Shown in pieces: positions 8,591 through 17,549 of a DNA stretch of 64,000 bases. The notes beneath the pieces were generated by a model. It was not told where the DNA came from, did not search any database, and saw only the letters and a program-made list of their open reading frames with translations. Position 1 is the first letter of the stretch; every line of letters starts with the position of its first letter. This stretch comes from an uncultured Candidatus Saccharibacteria bacterium (GTDB lineage: Bacteria; Patescibacteriota; Saccharimonadia; Saccharimonadales; Saccharimonadaceae): the NCBI GenBank assembly GCA_964599775.1, contig CAZRGZ010000004.1:7373-71372 (forward strand). The letters are read 5' to 3'. The position numbers were made by a program, and so were the translations under genes.

Positions 8591-9465
8591 TTAACGATCT
8601 TCGTGACGCTCAATACGCTTTTCAAGAGCCTTTAGTTTATTCTGCAATTCGCGGTATTGTGGCTGTACCTTCAGCGGAGTGAAACTACGGGTGGATTGCA
8701 TTTGCATAGATTGCAGTAGGTCGTGCTCTTCATCACCTGCGTTAGATGCTATAAAGTCTTGCAGGCGTATTGCACCCCAATCATCGTGGTCGTTGGCGCC
8801 GTTTTGGCCGGTGGAGTAATCTATGAGCTCGAATTGCTTGTCGTAGTTCATGGCGCTTGGGTAATCGTTACCATAGTTGGTGTCTATACCAGCAAATGAA
8901 CATTCAGGCACATCGTGAGTGCTGCCAGTAAGACATAAGTTATGGCCCAGCTCGTGGATAACGGTACCCGTGATGGCTTTCTCGGCCTGACCGGGCAGTA
9001 CGAAATTGTATTGTTCCTTCAGCGAGCCAAAGGCGACGAAAAAGTCATCGTCGCTCACGAGTGAAATGCCGGAGTTTCGAGGTGAAGTGCTGTCGTAACG
9101 GTAGCCAGAAAGCATGTAGTGATATATCTTGTACCTATCTTGGTTAAATTGCGCGCTTATGCCATCGCCGCCTTTTTTGTAGTCAAAGAAGTCAGCTTCG
9201 TTGGGGAAAATACCAAATTTCACTACTTCGTTATAGGGCACTTCGTTGCCGCCACCTAGCTGGCCGGTATCAAAGTGGGATGGAAGAGGCTTAATGAGCC
9301 ATCAGAGTTTGCCTGTAGATGCTTTGGCTGTACGGCATACGGCATCTGTTCCGCCTGGACGGCAGCATGAGCTGTACCTGGTATTAAGAGGGCGGTCAGA
9401 ATAGTTATGGTTAATACAATTATCCAGAAAAGTTTATTTAAGCTTAAGCTGTTTTGAGTTTGCAC
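8591..9465 (-). pseudogene. Secreted zinc metalloprotease, frameshifted
   Basis: Track ORF 9256..9465 carries only a signal peptide (LFWIIVLTITILTALLIPGTAHA). ORF 8591..9241 carries VIHELGHNLCL (HExxH) in another frame. The catalytic-domain frame stays open upstream to 9301 and overlaps the end of the leader ORF, so one +/-1 shift near 9260-9300 would join them. Confidence 0.6.
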
Positions 9466-9584
9466 TGCCGCTCGCTTTCTGCCGCGTGAAATTAGTTATG
9501 CTTATAATGTAATGTAGTTTGGGTGATTTTGCAAATAAAAGTAACCGGATTATCCGGTTACTTTTAGATATGTATTTTTAGTGG

Positions 9585-10028
9585 CTAAGCAGCGGTCGGA
9601 TCTTCACCGAGGATGCGTTCCTCTACTGCGTCAGTTTGCTCCGAAGTCCATGTAAGACGTACACCGTCGGCATCGCCTTCACACCCATAAACTTCTGGCC
9701 CCGTTGACTCCCCTGCTGCATTAAAGGATGATCCACTTCCTGGAGGAATTAAAGCGTCAGGATCTATATTCTCAATTGTCCCACCGGCTATCTGCGCACA
9801 GGTAGGGTAGGTGCCGTCGTGTGTAGTAGCATATGCTTGAACGGCAACTGCAATATTACGAATATCACTCTGTCGTTCAGAATCACGTGCACGTTGTTGG
9901 ATGCCTACGTACGCTGCGATAACTAACGCTGCCAAAATAGCAATCACAATAATCACGATCAAGAGCTCGACAATCGTGAAGCCTTCTTCGCGGCGGCGCA
10001 TTTGTTTCAATTTGTTGGTAAGAGTCAT
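9585..10028 (-). CDS. Type IV pilin-like protein
   Basis: Prepilin motif G-FTIVELLIVIIVIAILAALV after a short basic leader (MTLTNKLKQMRRREE). Start trimmed to the ATG with an AGGGGG SD. Ends with TAG. Confidence 0.85.
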   Translation of the reverse strand: MTLTNKLKQMRRREEGFTIVELLIVIIVIAILAALVIAAYVGIQQRARDSERQSDIRNIAVAVQAYATTHDGTYPTCAQIAGGTIENIDPDALIPPGSGSSFNAAGESTGPEVYGCEGDADGVRLTWTSEQTDAVEERILGEDPTAA

Positions 10029-10111
10029 TTCTCTTATGCCCCCTAATTTTATGTTACTTATGTTTATTAATATATCGTCTATTGCCTTAAAACGCAAGCT
10101 TTTTACTACAT

Positions 10112-10900
10112 TTAGTTGAGCTTGCTAACGCGTAGGGTGCGGGTGAGCTCGAAGGGCAGGCCCGAGAGGCGGCGGTCTATGCCTATTTCTACCTCTATGG
10201 TTTTGGCGGCGTTGAGGGCGTTGGGGTCGGTGGTGTTGTATACGTCTAGCACGTTTTGGGTTTCGGCGCTAGCATAGTAGCGCACATCGAAGGTGTTAAT
10301 GTCGGCTATCATGAGCTCGTCGTTGGTTTGGCATATGGCGTTGGGGCTGGCGAGGTCGGGCGGGCAGCTTTGGCGCTGGAACTGGGGCGCGCAGGTGGTT
10401 TGGTCGGTGCGGGTGAGCGTGCGGCGGTAAAGGTCATTGTCGCGCAAGAAGTAAATAATGTTGGTGGTAAGCGCCGGGTTGCTTAAAATAGTGTCGGCGG
10501 CGCAGCCGTTTTCATTTATGTATACCGGCTGTTTGTTGGAATGCCGTGGGCTTAGTGTGGTGGCGTAGGCGCGCAAAATGAGCTCACGGTCGCCGGCGCC
10601 GTCGCCTTTGTAGTACCAGCTGTCGCCAGCGCTATCGGGGCCGTAAGGGTCAGTGAAGGCGGGGTCGGTGGTGATGAGGAACTGTGAGGTGAGCTTGACG
10701 TCGTCTTCGATAGTATTGAGCGCGGCATTGGCCTCGTGTACAATAGCGACTTCTTGCCGGGCGGCCAGATTGTTACCCATAAGATTGATAAGCAAGGCCA
10801 GAATACCGGTAATCGCGATGATAACAATTGGCGCGACTACGGCGATTTCTATGAGGGTAAAGCCAGCCTGTGCTTCTTGCCTAGTTAACGTACGTGGCAT
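10112..10900 (-). CDS. Pilin-like / minor pilin protein
   Basis: N-terminal AQAGFTLIEIAVVAPIVIIAITGILALL cleavage/methylation motif, 262 aa. Confidence 0.75.
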   Translation of the reverse strand: MPRTLTRQEAQAGFTLIEIAVVAPIVIIAITGILALLINLMGNNLAARQEVAIVHEANAALNTIEDDVKLTSQFLITTDPAFTDPYGPDSAGDSWYYKGDGAGDRELILRAYATTLSPRHSNKQPVYINENGCAADTILSNPALTTNIIYFLRDNDLYRRTLTRTDQTTCAPQFQRQSCPPDLASPNAICQTNDELMIADINTFDVRYYASAETQNVLDVYNTTDPNALNAAKTIEVEIGIDRRLSGLPFELTRTLRVSKLN

Positions 10901-11297
10901 GGGTTACCTTTCTGTTGTCGCCAAATGTCACGGTGGATTCCAGCTTGGTGGGGAGGTCGGGGCCGCAGCCAGCTGGGGCGTAGGCGCGGATTTCTTGGCT
11001 TACCTGGCCAGGCAGGCCTTCGTAAGTGCCTGGCCCTTGGTTAAAAACAACTTGCCCTGGTGCAAATGCATTGAGGGTGAGGTCGGTGGTGCTATTGCAC
11101 GTAAAGCTGGCGGGGCGGGTGCTGAATTTACGCAGGTTGGTGTAGGCGAGATTGCTCGCGGTGGACTGCCAACGGGACTCGGTAGTGCTTTGGTCGATAA
11201 TGGTAAAAAGCTGGAAAAACGTCGCGATAAAGGCAAAGCCTACAAACAGGGTGATGAGTAGTTCTATGGTGGTGAAACCTTGGGATTTGGTGTGCAT
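10881..11297 (-). CDS. Pilin-like / minor pilin protein
   Basis: MHTKSQGFTTIELLITLFVGFAFI motif. Overlaps the downstream pilin gene by 20 nt. Confidence 0.75.
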   Translation of the reverse strand: MHTKSQGFTTIELLITLFVGFAFIATFFQLFTIIDQSTTESRWQSTASNLAYTNLRKFSTRPASFTCNSTTDLTLNAFAPGQVVFNQGPGTYEGLPGQVSQEIRAYAPAGCGPDLPTKLESTVTFGDNRKVTHATYVN

Positions 11298-11298
11298 A

Positions 11299-11853
11299 TT
11301 ATTGGTGCCTGCTCGTTATTTTACGTACTTCGTTGTTGGCTTCGTTCCAGTAAAAGAGATTAAAACGAATACAATGATCTTCGGAATCTGCAGTGAAGCC
11401 ACATGTAGTATTATCGGGGGTAAGTGATTGATATACATAAACATCATTGCCAGCTCCAGGCTGAGGAGTGACTCCTGTGGTAGTTTCATCGGTATTTGTA
11501 GCACCAATAAGGCTCATATTACTGTAATTGTCAGTTACTGGGACGTTTGGTGCAAAAAAAATGTTGCGATCTACTCCCTCGACTATCTCGGGTGCGGCGA
11601 GCGCTGCTTGAACTTGTCCGGGGTAAGAGGCGTACGAATCACCAGTGTATGGATTAATTGACTCATCGTAAAGAGATTCGAAATGGCGTGCGATCGCCTG
11701 TACGTCCTCCTCGCGCTCAGTATCCCGCGCAGTCACCTGAGAGTTCATAACATTAATAATGGCAAGCGACATTAATATCCCCAGCACCACAATTACTACC
11801 ACCATTTCAACAATGGTAAAGCCGTTTTGCTGAATGTTGTACTTTTGCGCCAT
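11299..11853 (-). CDS. Type IV pilin-like protein
   Basis: QQNGFTIVEMVVVIVVLGILMSLAIINV motif. First gene of a four-pilin operon. Confidence 0.8.
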   Translation of the reverse strand: MAQKYNIQQNGFTIVEMVVVIVVLGILMSLAIINVMNSQVTARDTEREEDVQAIARHFESLYDESINPYTGDSYASYPGQVQAALAAPEIVEGVDRNIFFAPNVPVTDNYSNMSLIGATNTDETTTGVTPQPGAGNDVYVYQSLTPDNTTCGFTADSEDHCIRFNLFYWNEANNEVRKITSRHQ

Positions 11854-11931
11854 GTCTACTATTAGCTTAATGATTTTTAGCTAAAAGCACAAGCGGTAAA
11901 GGCAGCTAGGTTGTGAAACTATGTAGGGGCT

Positions 11932-12951
11932 TTAAAGCTCCTCTGGTTCCTGCTCGAGCGTTATGCGGAAGCGGTCGCGTATTTGCGTGATGATTTCTTC
12001 GCGGAAGGCGGCGAGATCGGCATACGACTGAGCATTTTCGTTCACTACCACTAGTGCATTGTACTCGTAGGTTTTCATGCCGTGGTTGGCGTAACCTTTT
12101 AGGCCTGCTTGGTCTATAAGCCAGCCGGCGGGGACTTTGTAGCGGCCATCGGCCATTTTGAAATTAGGGATGTTATCGTAGGTTTTTTGCAGCTCGTTTA
12201 GTTGCCATTCTTCTATAATGGGGTTTTTGAAGAACGAACCAGTGTTGGCGATAAGCTTGGGGTCGGGGAGCTTGGTGCGGCGAATTTCTATCACCGCGTC
12301 GCGAATGGTTTGCGCCGTGTAATAGGTAATATTATGTGTATCTAAATACTGCTGCAAGCTGGCGTAAAAGGGTGGCTGAGGAGGCTGGTAGTGCAGCTTG
12401 AGGGTGAGGCTGAGAATAATGTACCGTCGGTTGGCGGTAGATTTAAAAATACTATTGCGGTAGGAAAAGCCGCAATCGGCATTGCTAAGGACTACAAAAC
12501 GGTCATCTTGCATGTCGTAAGCCTCTAGCTCGACGAGCGTATTTGAGATTTCCTGCCCGTAAGCCCCGACGTTTTGTACTGGGGTAGCACCGGTGGTCCC
12601 AGGGATGGCCGACATGGCTTCGATACCACTGAGGCCCATTTCGACCGTGCGTGCCACGGTGCGATCCCAGTTTTCGCCGGCACCTATTTTTATGGTGGCG
12701 GTCACACCGTCGTCCTCGAGTACTTCGAACCCGGGGATGCGATTAAGAATGATCATGCCATTAAAACCTTCGTCGTGCGCGATGACATTGCTGCCGCCAC
12801 CGAGCACAAAAAGGGGGAGGTTATTTTGCCGAGCCTTTAAAACCGTTGCACGAACTTCCTCGGGGGTGAGAGCTTCTACCATAAAACGAGCAGGGCCGCC
12901 AAGCCGCATGGTGGTGTAGTTTTTTAGCGGGGCTTGGGTGAAAGTGTTCAT
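11932..12951 (-). CDS. murB: UDP-N-acetylenolpyruvoylglucosamine reductase
   Basis: LKNYTTMRLGGPARF, FVLGGGSNVI, FAD-binding and C-terminal MurB pattern (GSFFKNP), 339 aa. Confidence 0.9.
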   Translation of the reverse strand: MNTFTQAPLKNYTTMRLGGPARFMVEALTPEEVRATVLKARQNNLPLFVLGGGSNVIAHDEGFNGMIILNRIPGFEVLEDDGVTATIKIGAGENWDRTVARTVEMGLSGIEAMSAIPGTTGATPVQNVGAYGQEISNTLVELEAYDMQDDRFVVLSNADCGFSYRNSIFKSTANRRYIILSLTLKLHYQPPQPPFYASLQQYLDTHNITYYTAQTIRDAVIEIRRTKLPDPKLIANTGSFFKNPIIEEWQLNELQKTYDNIPNFKMADGRYKVPAGWLIDQAGLKGYANHGMKTYEYNALVVVNENAQSYADLAAFREEIITQIRDRFRITLEQEPEEL

Positions 12952-12991
12952 GCTTTTATTATATCGTGCTTAAAGGGAAAAATATACCGTT

Positions 12992-13480
12992 CTACCTGCT
13001 GGTCATGATGTTTCGGAATGTGTCGCCGTGTAGGCGCATGAAGGTGTCGAACTGCGAATGGAGTGGGTCGGGTAATGCTTCGAGCGCAAACCAGCCGTGG
13101 TCGTCAAAAGTGTCGGGCTCGTTAATTTTTACTTTATGGGGCTCTACTTTGGCAGCAAAATCCATAGCAAGCCAGTGTGTGGGCGTGCCGTCGTCGAGCT
13201 GACGAAACACATCGCGGTAGCCGATGAAATCGATGCGTAATGGCTCGACATCGTATTCTTCTTTTAATTCCCGGCGCACATTTTCTTCCAGGGTGTTGCC
13301 GTGTTTTAGGCCACCGGCGCCGGGGTCCCATCTACCGTGCTCATCGCGCGCATTCTGGCTGCGTTTAGCGAGAAAGAGCCGGCAGCTACTATCGTAGCAC
13401 CAAAATACAGTGGTGATACCGGTGAAACTGACGCCTTTATGTTTACGAATATCTTCTGGAGGTAGTTTATTGATTGGCAT
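12992..13480 (-). CDS. NUDIX hydrolase
   Basis: Nudix box GAGGLKHGNTLEENVRRELKEEYDVE. Start trimmed to MPINKLPPE. Confidence 0.8.
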   Translation of the reverse strand: MPINKLPPEDIRKHKGVSFTGITTVFWCYDSSCRLFLAKRSQNARDEHGRWDPGAGGLKHGNTLEENVRRELKEEYDVEPLRIDFIGYRDVFRQLDDGTPTHWLAMDFAAKVEPHKVKINEPDTFDDHGWFALEALPDPLHSQFDTFMRLHGDTFRNIMTSR

Positions 13481-13598
13481 ATTTTGATGATAGCATGAAT
13501 GCAATTTTGTTATTTAGCTTGACTTCTCCGAATCTTATGGTTCACGGTAGGATGACATCGTTCATTCTCTCTTCATTCCTGGTGCGAGCACGATGCTA

Positions 13599-13638
13599 CC
13601 ATATTAAAACCCCTCCTTAAGGAGGGGTTTTAATATGG
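13599..13638 (-). terminator. Perfect 18-bp hairpin after tRNA-Arg(TCG)
   Basis: CCATATTAAAACCCCTCC-TTAA-GGAGGGGTTTTAATATGG, overlapping the tRNA CCA end. Confidence 0.7.
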
Positions 13639-13712
13639 TACACCCGGTAGGATTCGAACCTACGACACCTGGTTCCGAAGACCAGTGCTCTAATCCACTG
13701 AGCTACGGGTGC
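13636..13712 (-). tRNA. tRNA-Arg (anticodon TCG)
   Basis: Minus strand: GCACCCG acceptor, anticodon stem-loop CTGGT-CTTCGGA-ACCAG, T-arm GTAGGTTCGAATCCTAC, encoded CCA, 77 nt. Confidence 0.9.
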
Positions 13713-13778
13713 ATAACATCGGTTATTATAGCAAAAATGTGGCAAAAAAGCTAGTGAGGCCTGTAATGCTAAACTTAA

Positions 13779-13808
13779 AACCCCCGGCGGTCGAACCTGC
13801 CGGGGGTT
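13779..13808 (-). terminator. GC-rich hairpin after 13825..14163
   Basis: CCCCCGGC-GGTCGAACCT-GCCGGGGG flanked by A/T runs. Confidence 0.6.
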
Positions 13809-13824
13809 AGCGTATGTAGCAAGG

Positions 13825-14163
13825 CTATTGCTGTTGCTTTCGCATTGCTTGAGGTGGCATGGTGTGCTGTGACTTGCCGTTTGTTGGATTGCCGCCAGCA
13901 AAGCGAAGTATGTAGCGCCCCATTTCTTTCAGCGATTTTTCGGCGCGTATGGTTGCTTCGTAGTTGTTGCCATCTTCTGGCCAGCCGGGAGGAGAGGTGT
14001 TCATGAATGAGTAGCCATACAATTTGCCAGTTTCGGTGTTCATAATGATCCCAGCGTCGTGACGGTTATTGCCATCTGGGTCGCTGGTAACGGTATCAAC
14101 GAGGCCAATTTTGTTTGTTAATACCACCGGATCACTATCGCGTAATTGGCTACGTATATTCAT
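13825..14163 (-). CDS. Hypothetical protein, possibly a C-terminal remnant of a beta-lactamase-like serine hydrolase
   Basis: 112 aa. VLTNKIGLVDT...NRHDAGIIMNTETGKLYGYSFM resembles the KTG-strand region of class A beta-lactamase-type folds, but the SxxK N-terminal half is absent. Confidence 0.3.
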   Translation of the reverse strand: MNIRSQLRDSDPVVLTNKIGLVDTVTSDPDGNNRHDAGIIMNTETGKLYGYSFMNTSPPGWPEDGNNYEATIRAEKSLKEMGRYILRFAGGNPTNGKSQHTMPPQAMRKQQQ

Positions 14164-14854
14164 GAAATCTCACGCTTAAAGGCAGCGCAAGCGGTGGGCA
14201 AGAGACATGGTATTGTAGCGCTTGAGCAGCTTACTTTTGAACAAAATCTTGAGGCACTGCTTTCTGCGAAAGAGCATCGTATTGCGGGCGCAACCTGGAA
14301 GACTTTACTTGACCTCGGGATAGTTGAAGGGGACGAGATTGATCGAACACATCAGCTTGTGCTGGAAATAAGCGATGAAAAGGATGCAATACATGCCGAG
14401 CTATTGCAAGCGACCTGTGTGCCGACAAAGGGGGCTGTCGAGTTTATTCAAACAGTAGCCCAGCGCAATATTCCTCAAGCAGTTGCCAGCGGTGCCGCAC
14501 TGCAAGAGATTAAAGTTTTCCTGGAGATGAATAAGCTATCAGAGCATTTTGAAGATCATCGCCTATTTGGGCGCGGTATGTACGAAGCGTTTAAGCCTCA
14601 TCCGGCATCTTTTGATGCAGGGTTTTTTGTCGCTTGGCTTAGAAGATACTGACAGGCACCGTGCTGCTGTTATTGCGTTTGAAGATGACCCGAAAGCGGT
14701 CGAATCGGCAAAATGTGCTGGTTTATTTGTATGTGCACTGACGACGCGTTTTGACGAAGAGCATCTTTTGTCTTATAACCACAAGCCGGATATTATTATC
14801 GATACCTTCGCTTCGCTGCTGGCAACAGGGAAAATCGGCAACTTTACAGTTTAG
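14146..14854 (+). pseudogene. HAD-superfamily hydrolase (beta-phosphoglucomutase-like), 5'-truncated and frameshifted
   Basis: ORF 14146..14652 carries the cap domain and KPHPASF. ORF 14549..14854, in another frame, carries LGLEDTDRHRAAVIAFEDDPKAVESAKCAGLFV. The shift lies near a T6 run at about 14620-14630, and no N-terminal DxDxT motif is present. Confidence 0.7.
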
Positions 14855-14880
14855 CATAATTCTGCTATACTAGCATCTGT

Positions 14881-14901
14881 TATGGGCCAGTAGCTCAGCT
14901 G
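14881..14901 (+). repeat. Partial copy of the tRNA-Lys 5' end
   Basis: TATGGGCCAGTAGCTCAGCTG is identical to 15007-15027 (3 nt of upstream flank plus the first 18 nt of tRNA-Lys). Confidence 0.85.
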
Positions 14902-15009
14902 CCCTGTCCGAGGCATTTATGCCGAGTAGTGATTAAAACGCACCAGGTGCTCTCACCGCTCGACGTCGTCCCCGGATTAAATGAAAGAGCTTGTACATTA
15001 CGTATTTAT

Positions 15010-15086
15010 GGGCCAGTAGCTCAGCTGGTTAGAGCACCTGCCTCTTAAGCAGGGTGTCGTGGGTTCGAGTCCCACCTGGCCCTCCA
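15010..15086 (+). tRNA. tRNA-Lys (anticodon CTT)
   Basis: GGGCCAG acceptor, anticodon stem-loop CCTGC-CTCTTAA-GCAGG, T-arm GTGGGTTCGAGTCCCAC, encoded CCA. Confidence 0.9.
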
Positions 15087-15315
15087 AGTAAAAAATCTTA
15101 TCCTTGTGGTAAAATTTTTTACTTGGGATGGATTTGATGAGGCTCGAACCGAAGGCGTAAATATCCAGTGGATGTTTACGTTTTCCTTGCTTGGCCTCGA
15201 GTGGAGGCGCGTGCGCCGAACGAGAGCAACGGTGGGAGGACTGCCAGGGGCAGTCCGAGTCATCAATACTTGGCCGAGCGAGGAACGCATTCCGAGCGAG
15301 CAAAATTATACGAGC

Positions 15316-15328
15316 CCCACCTGGCCCT
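15316..15328 (+). repeat. Partial copy of the tRNA-Lys 3' acceptor strand
   Basis: CCCACCTGGCCCT repeats 15071-15083, and the surrounding GAG.CCCACCTGGCCCT is also similar. It lies 229 bp downstream of the tRNA. Confidence 0.7.
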
Positions 15329-15347
15329 TTCAGTTATAATTAATAAC

Positions 15348-15905
15348 ATGAAAAGAACCATACTCATTACCGCAGTGGCTGGTTCCGGAAAGTCTACCGT
15401 ATGTAGAGCGCTTATTAAATTAGGCTACGAGGCATATGACATAGAAAGTATTCCGGGTTTATTTTCGCTTATAGATCCGCACACTGATAAAGTGTTGGAG
15501 GGAAAGCAGCTTGGGGACCTCAACGAGAACCTGGATGCGGACTGGGTGTGTGATACTGAAAAGCTAAAATTACTCATTGCGAATCAAAAAAATGAAGTAG
15601 CATTTTATTGCGGCGGTACTAGCCGCACAGAAGAGCTCATGGCGTTTTTTGATTCGACGGTTATATTACAAGTATCAGACGAAACGACACGTAATCGACT
15701 GTCGACTCGGCAGTCAGGAGAGTTTGGCGATAGCGAACAAACACGAGAATGGGTGCTCAGCTGGAAACACAGGGTAGAAGCGGATTGGCTAGCTGCCGGT
15801 GCAGTGAGCGTAAGTGGCGAGCCTGAACCTAGGGCTGTATCTAAAGATATTGTAAATAAAATATGTATTTCAGAAACCTGGACTAATCCGCAGAAGGATA
15901 AGTAA
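15348..15905 (+). CDS. P-loop NTPase / small-molecule kinase-like protein
   Basis: MKRTILITAVAGSGKSTV Walker A. Start trimmed from track ORF 15168, whose upstream part crosses the tRNA-derived spacer. Confidence 0.6.
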   Translation: MKRTILITAVAGSGKSTVCRALIKLGYEAYDIESIPGLFSLIDPHTDKVLEGKQLGDLNENLDADWVCDTEKLKLLIANQKNEVAFYCGGTSRTEELMAFFDSTVILQVSDETTRNRLSTRQSGEFGDSEQTREWVLSWKHRVEADWLAAGAVSVSGEPEPRAVSKDIVNKICISETWTNPQKDK

Positions 15906-16401
15906 TTGTATTACCATTTATTTTTGCAAAAGGCGTAAGCTTGTGCGGTTTTACAGCGGTACCGATGATATCTTCAGCGTGGACATCTTTTAGTAGAAGT
16001 GCATCACCAATGAGGGAGCGGTGGCAACGCCATGGGACAGCTTCGGCACACATAATAGCTGTGCGATTTTTCCGGGCTACTTCTAAAAGCTTATCGATAC
16101 CCGACCAGAAATCAGCCGTTTGCATATAATCGGCATAGCCGCGAAAGGAAGGGTTGTGCCACCCCTTGTTGATGGAATTTTTTGTAGTATGACGGAGACC
16201 GCCCAGTTTCTCTAACCTTTGGTAGGCAATACCAGCTTTGGCGAGGCTGGCTTCCAGCTCTTTTTCGTTAAACTGCGGGTTGTGCCGTGATTTTGCAATA
16301 GTGCGGACATCTGCTACCACTTCAATATTATGCGCTTTTAACATTTCAATAAATTCATCAATGGGGTGAGTCGAGTGACCAATAGTAAAAATTGTCAGTG
16401 C
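15883..16401 (-). CDS. DUF488 family protein
   Basis: MALTIFTIGHSTHPIDEFIEMLKAHNIEVVADVRTIAKSRHNPQFNKE...GGLRH and WRCHRSLI are typical of DUF488. Start trimmed. Confidence 0.75.
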   Translation of the reverse strand, partial: ALTIFTIGHSTHPIDEFIEMLKAHNIEVVADVRTIAKSRHNPQFNEKELEASLAKAGIAYQRLEKLGGLRHTTKNSINKGWHNPSFRGYADYMQTADFWSGIDKLLEVARKNRTAIMCAEAVPWRCHRSLIGDALLLKDVHAEDIIGTAVKPHKLTPFAKINGNTITYPSAD

Positions 16402-16502
16402 CATGCTTCTATAATAAGCCACTTTTACTACGGCGGCTACTTTAGGCTTGTGCTTTGTTGTTATGAGTATTACAAACAATACGGCTGGCGCTGACTGGGC
16501 CT

Positions 16503-16862
16503 ATGTGCCAGGTGGTGACGGACTTTACCGGGCTGGTGCTACTTTTTGCCTATGCTTTCAGCTGGATTAGTGCCACCATTGGTTTAGTGCTTAAAGATAC
16601 CGAAACTGTGCAAGTCTCTGGCCTGGTGTGGCTCTTTCCGCTGATGTTTGCTAGCTCGGTTTTTGTGCCGGTGACTACTATGCCAGACTGGTTGCAAGGT
16701 TTTGCGAGCAATCAGCCAGTCACTCAGGTAGTGGATGCGGTTCGTCATCTAACGCATGGCACTGGGAGTGGTGATGCTGTATGGTGGACGCTGATGTGGG
16801 TAGTGATTATTATGCTTATCTTTGTGCCACTAGCAGTGTGGCGATATCGTAAAATTCAGTAA
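16503..16862 (+). pseudogene. C-terminal remnant of an ABC-2 type transporter permease
   Basis: Only about 119 aa (FPLMFASSVFVPVTTMPDWLQGFASNQPVTQVVDAVR). The N-terminal TM helices are missing and no partner ATPase gene is adjacent. Confidence 0.6.
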
Positions 16863-16968
16863 TATTTAGATCTCGGATTGTATGTGTTCCACATGCTTAT
16901 TGATGCTTGACGTAGCCAATAAATTACGTTATAAAAGGTTGTTGGTAAATTAAGAAAGTGTAAAAGCA

Positions 16969-17544
16969 TTGAATAGAATAAAACCAAACCCGGATTTAAT
17001 TGAGTGGCAAGTAAGTAGTAATGGCGAGGGTATTTCACCGACAGCAATAGCGATGCTCGAGCAGGCGACGCAAAACGAGCAGATGATTCCACTAAACGAA
17101 AAGGTAGTAAAAGGCCATCGGTACAATGTTGTTGCCTGGCATATGGGCCGATTAGCCGGATATGCGGCTATTGGCGCATCGTATCGCATGCAAGACAGGA
17201 ATGATCGATGGCACGAAGCGGTTGAGCTTGGCGGTGCAGTAGTGCTGCCGGATTTTAGAGGCCAAGGGCTAGCGGGTAGGATGTTGGAAAAAAGGATTGA
17301 AATCCTGGAAGCTGGCTCCGAGTTTCAGTCGGGAACGCGAGCGGTCGTATTTACCAACGAAAAAAGCCATGGATATGTGAGAAAGCGTGACTTCGCGCCT
17401 TTAGATTCTGGTGAAAGACTTTCAAAAGAAGCTTTTGAGCTTTGTGGGGAATGTACACATTGCCCAACCGGCATCAAACCAATCGAAGATCCCACAGTAT
17501 GTTGTGATTACAATGGAATACTCGTTAAAGAAATCGTAAAATAG
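16969..17544 (+). CDS. GNAT-family N-acetyltransferase
   Basis: Acetyl-CoA binding motif VVLPDFRGQGLAGRMLEKRIE. Confidence 0.7.
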   Translation: MNRIKPNPDLIEWQVSSNGEGISPTAIAMLEQATQNEQMIPLNEKVVKGHRYNVVAWHMGRLAGYAAIGASYRMQDRNDRWHEAVELGGAVVLPDFRGQGLAGRMLEKRIEILEAGSEFQSGTRAVVFTNEKSHGYVRKRDFAPLDSGERLSKEAFELCGECTHCPTGIKPIEDPTVCCDYNGILVKEIVK

Positions 17545-17549
17545 ACTTT

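Noticed and set aside
14902-15009. The 108 bp between the two tRNA-Lys 5' copies as an intron or as part of a split tRNA.
   Set aside because: The downstream copy forms a complete canonical 77-nt cloverleaf by itself, and the upstream 18-mer is not followed by any further tRNA-like sequence.
15168-15347. N-terminal 60-aa extension of the P-loop protein ORF.
   Set aside because: The extension runs through the tRNA-Lys-derived spacer and the att-like repeat. The ATG at 15348 starts directly at the Walker A-containing N-terminus.
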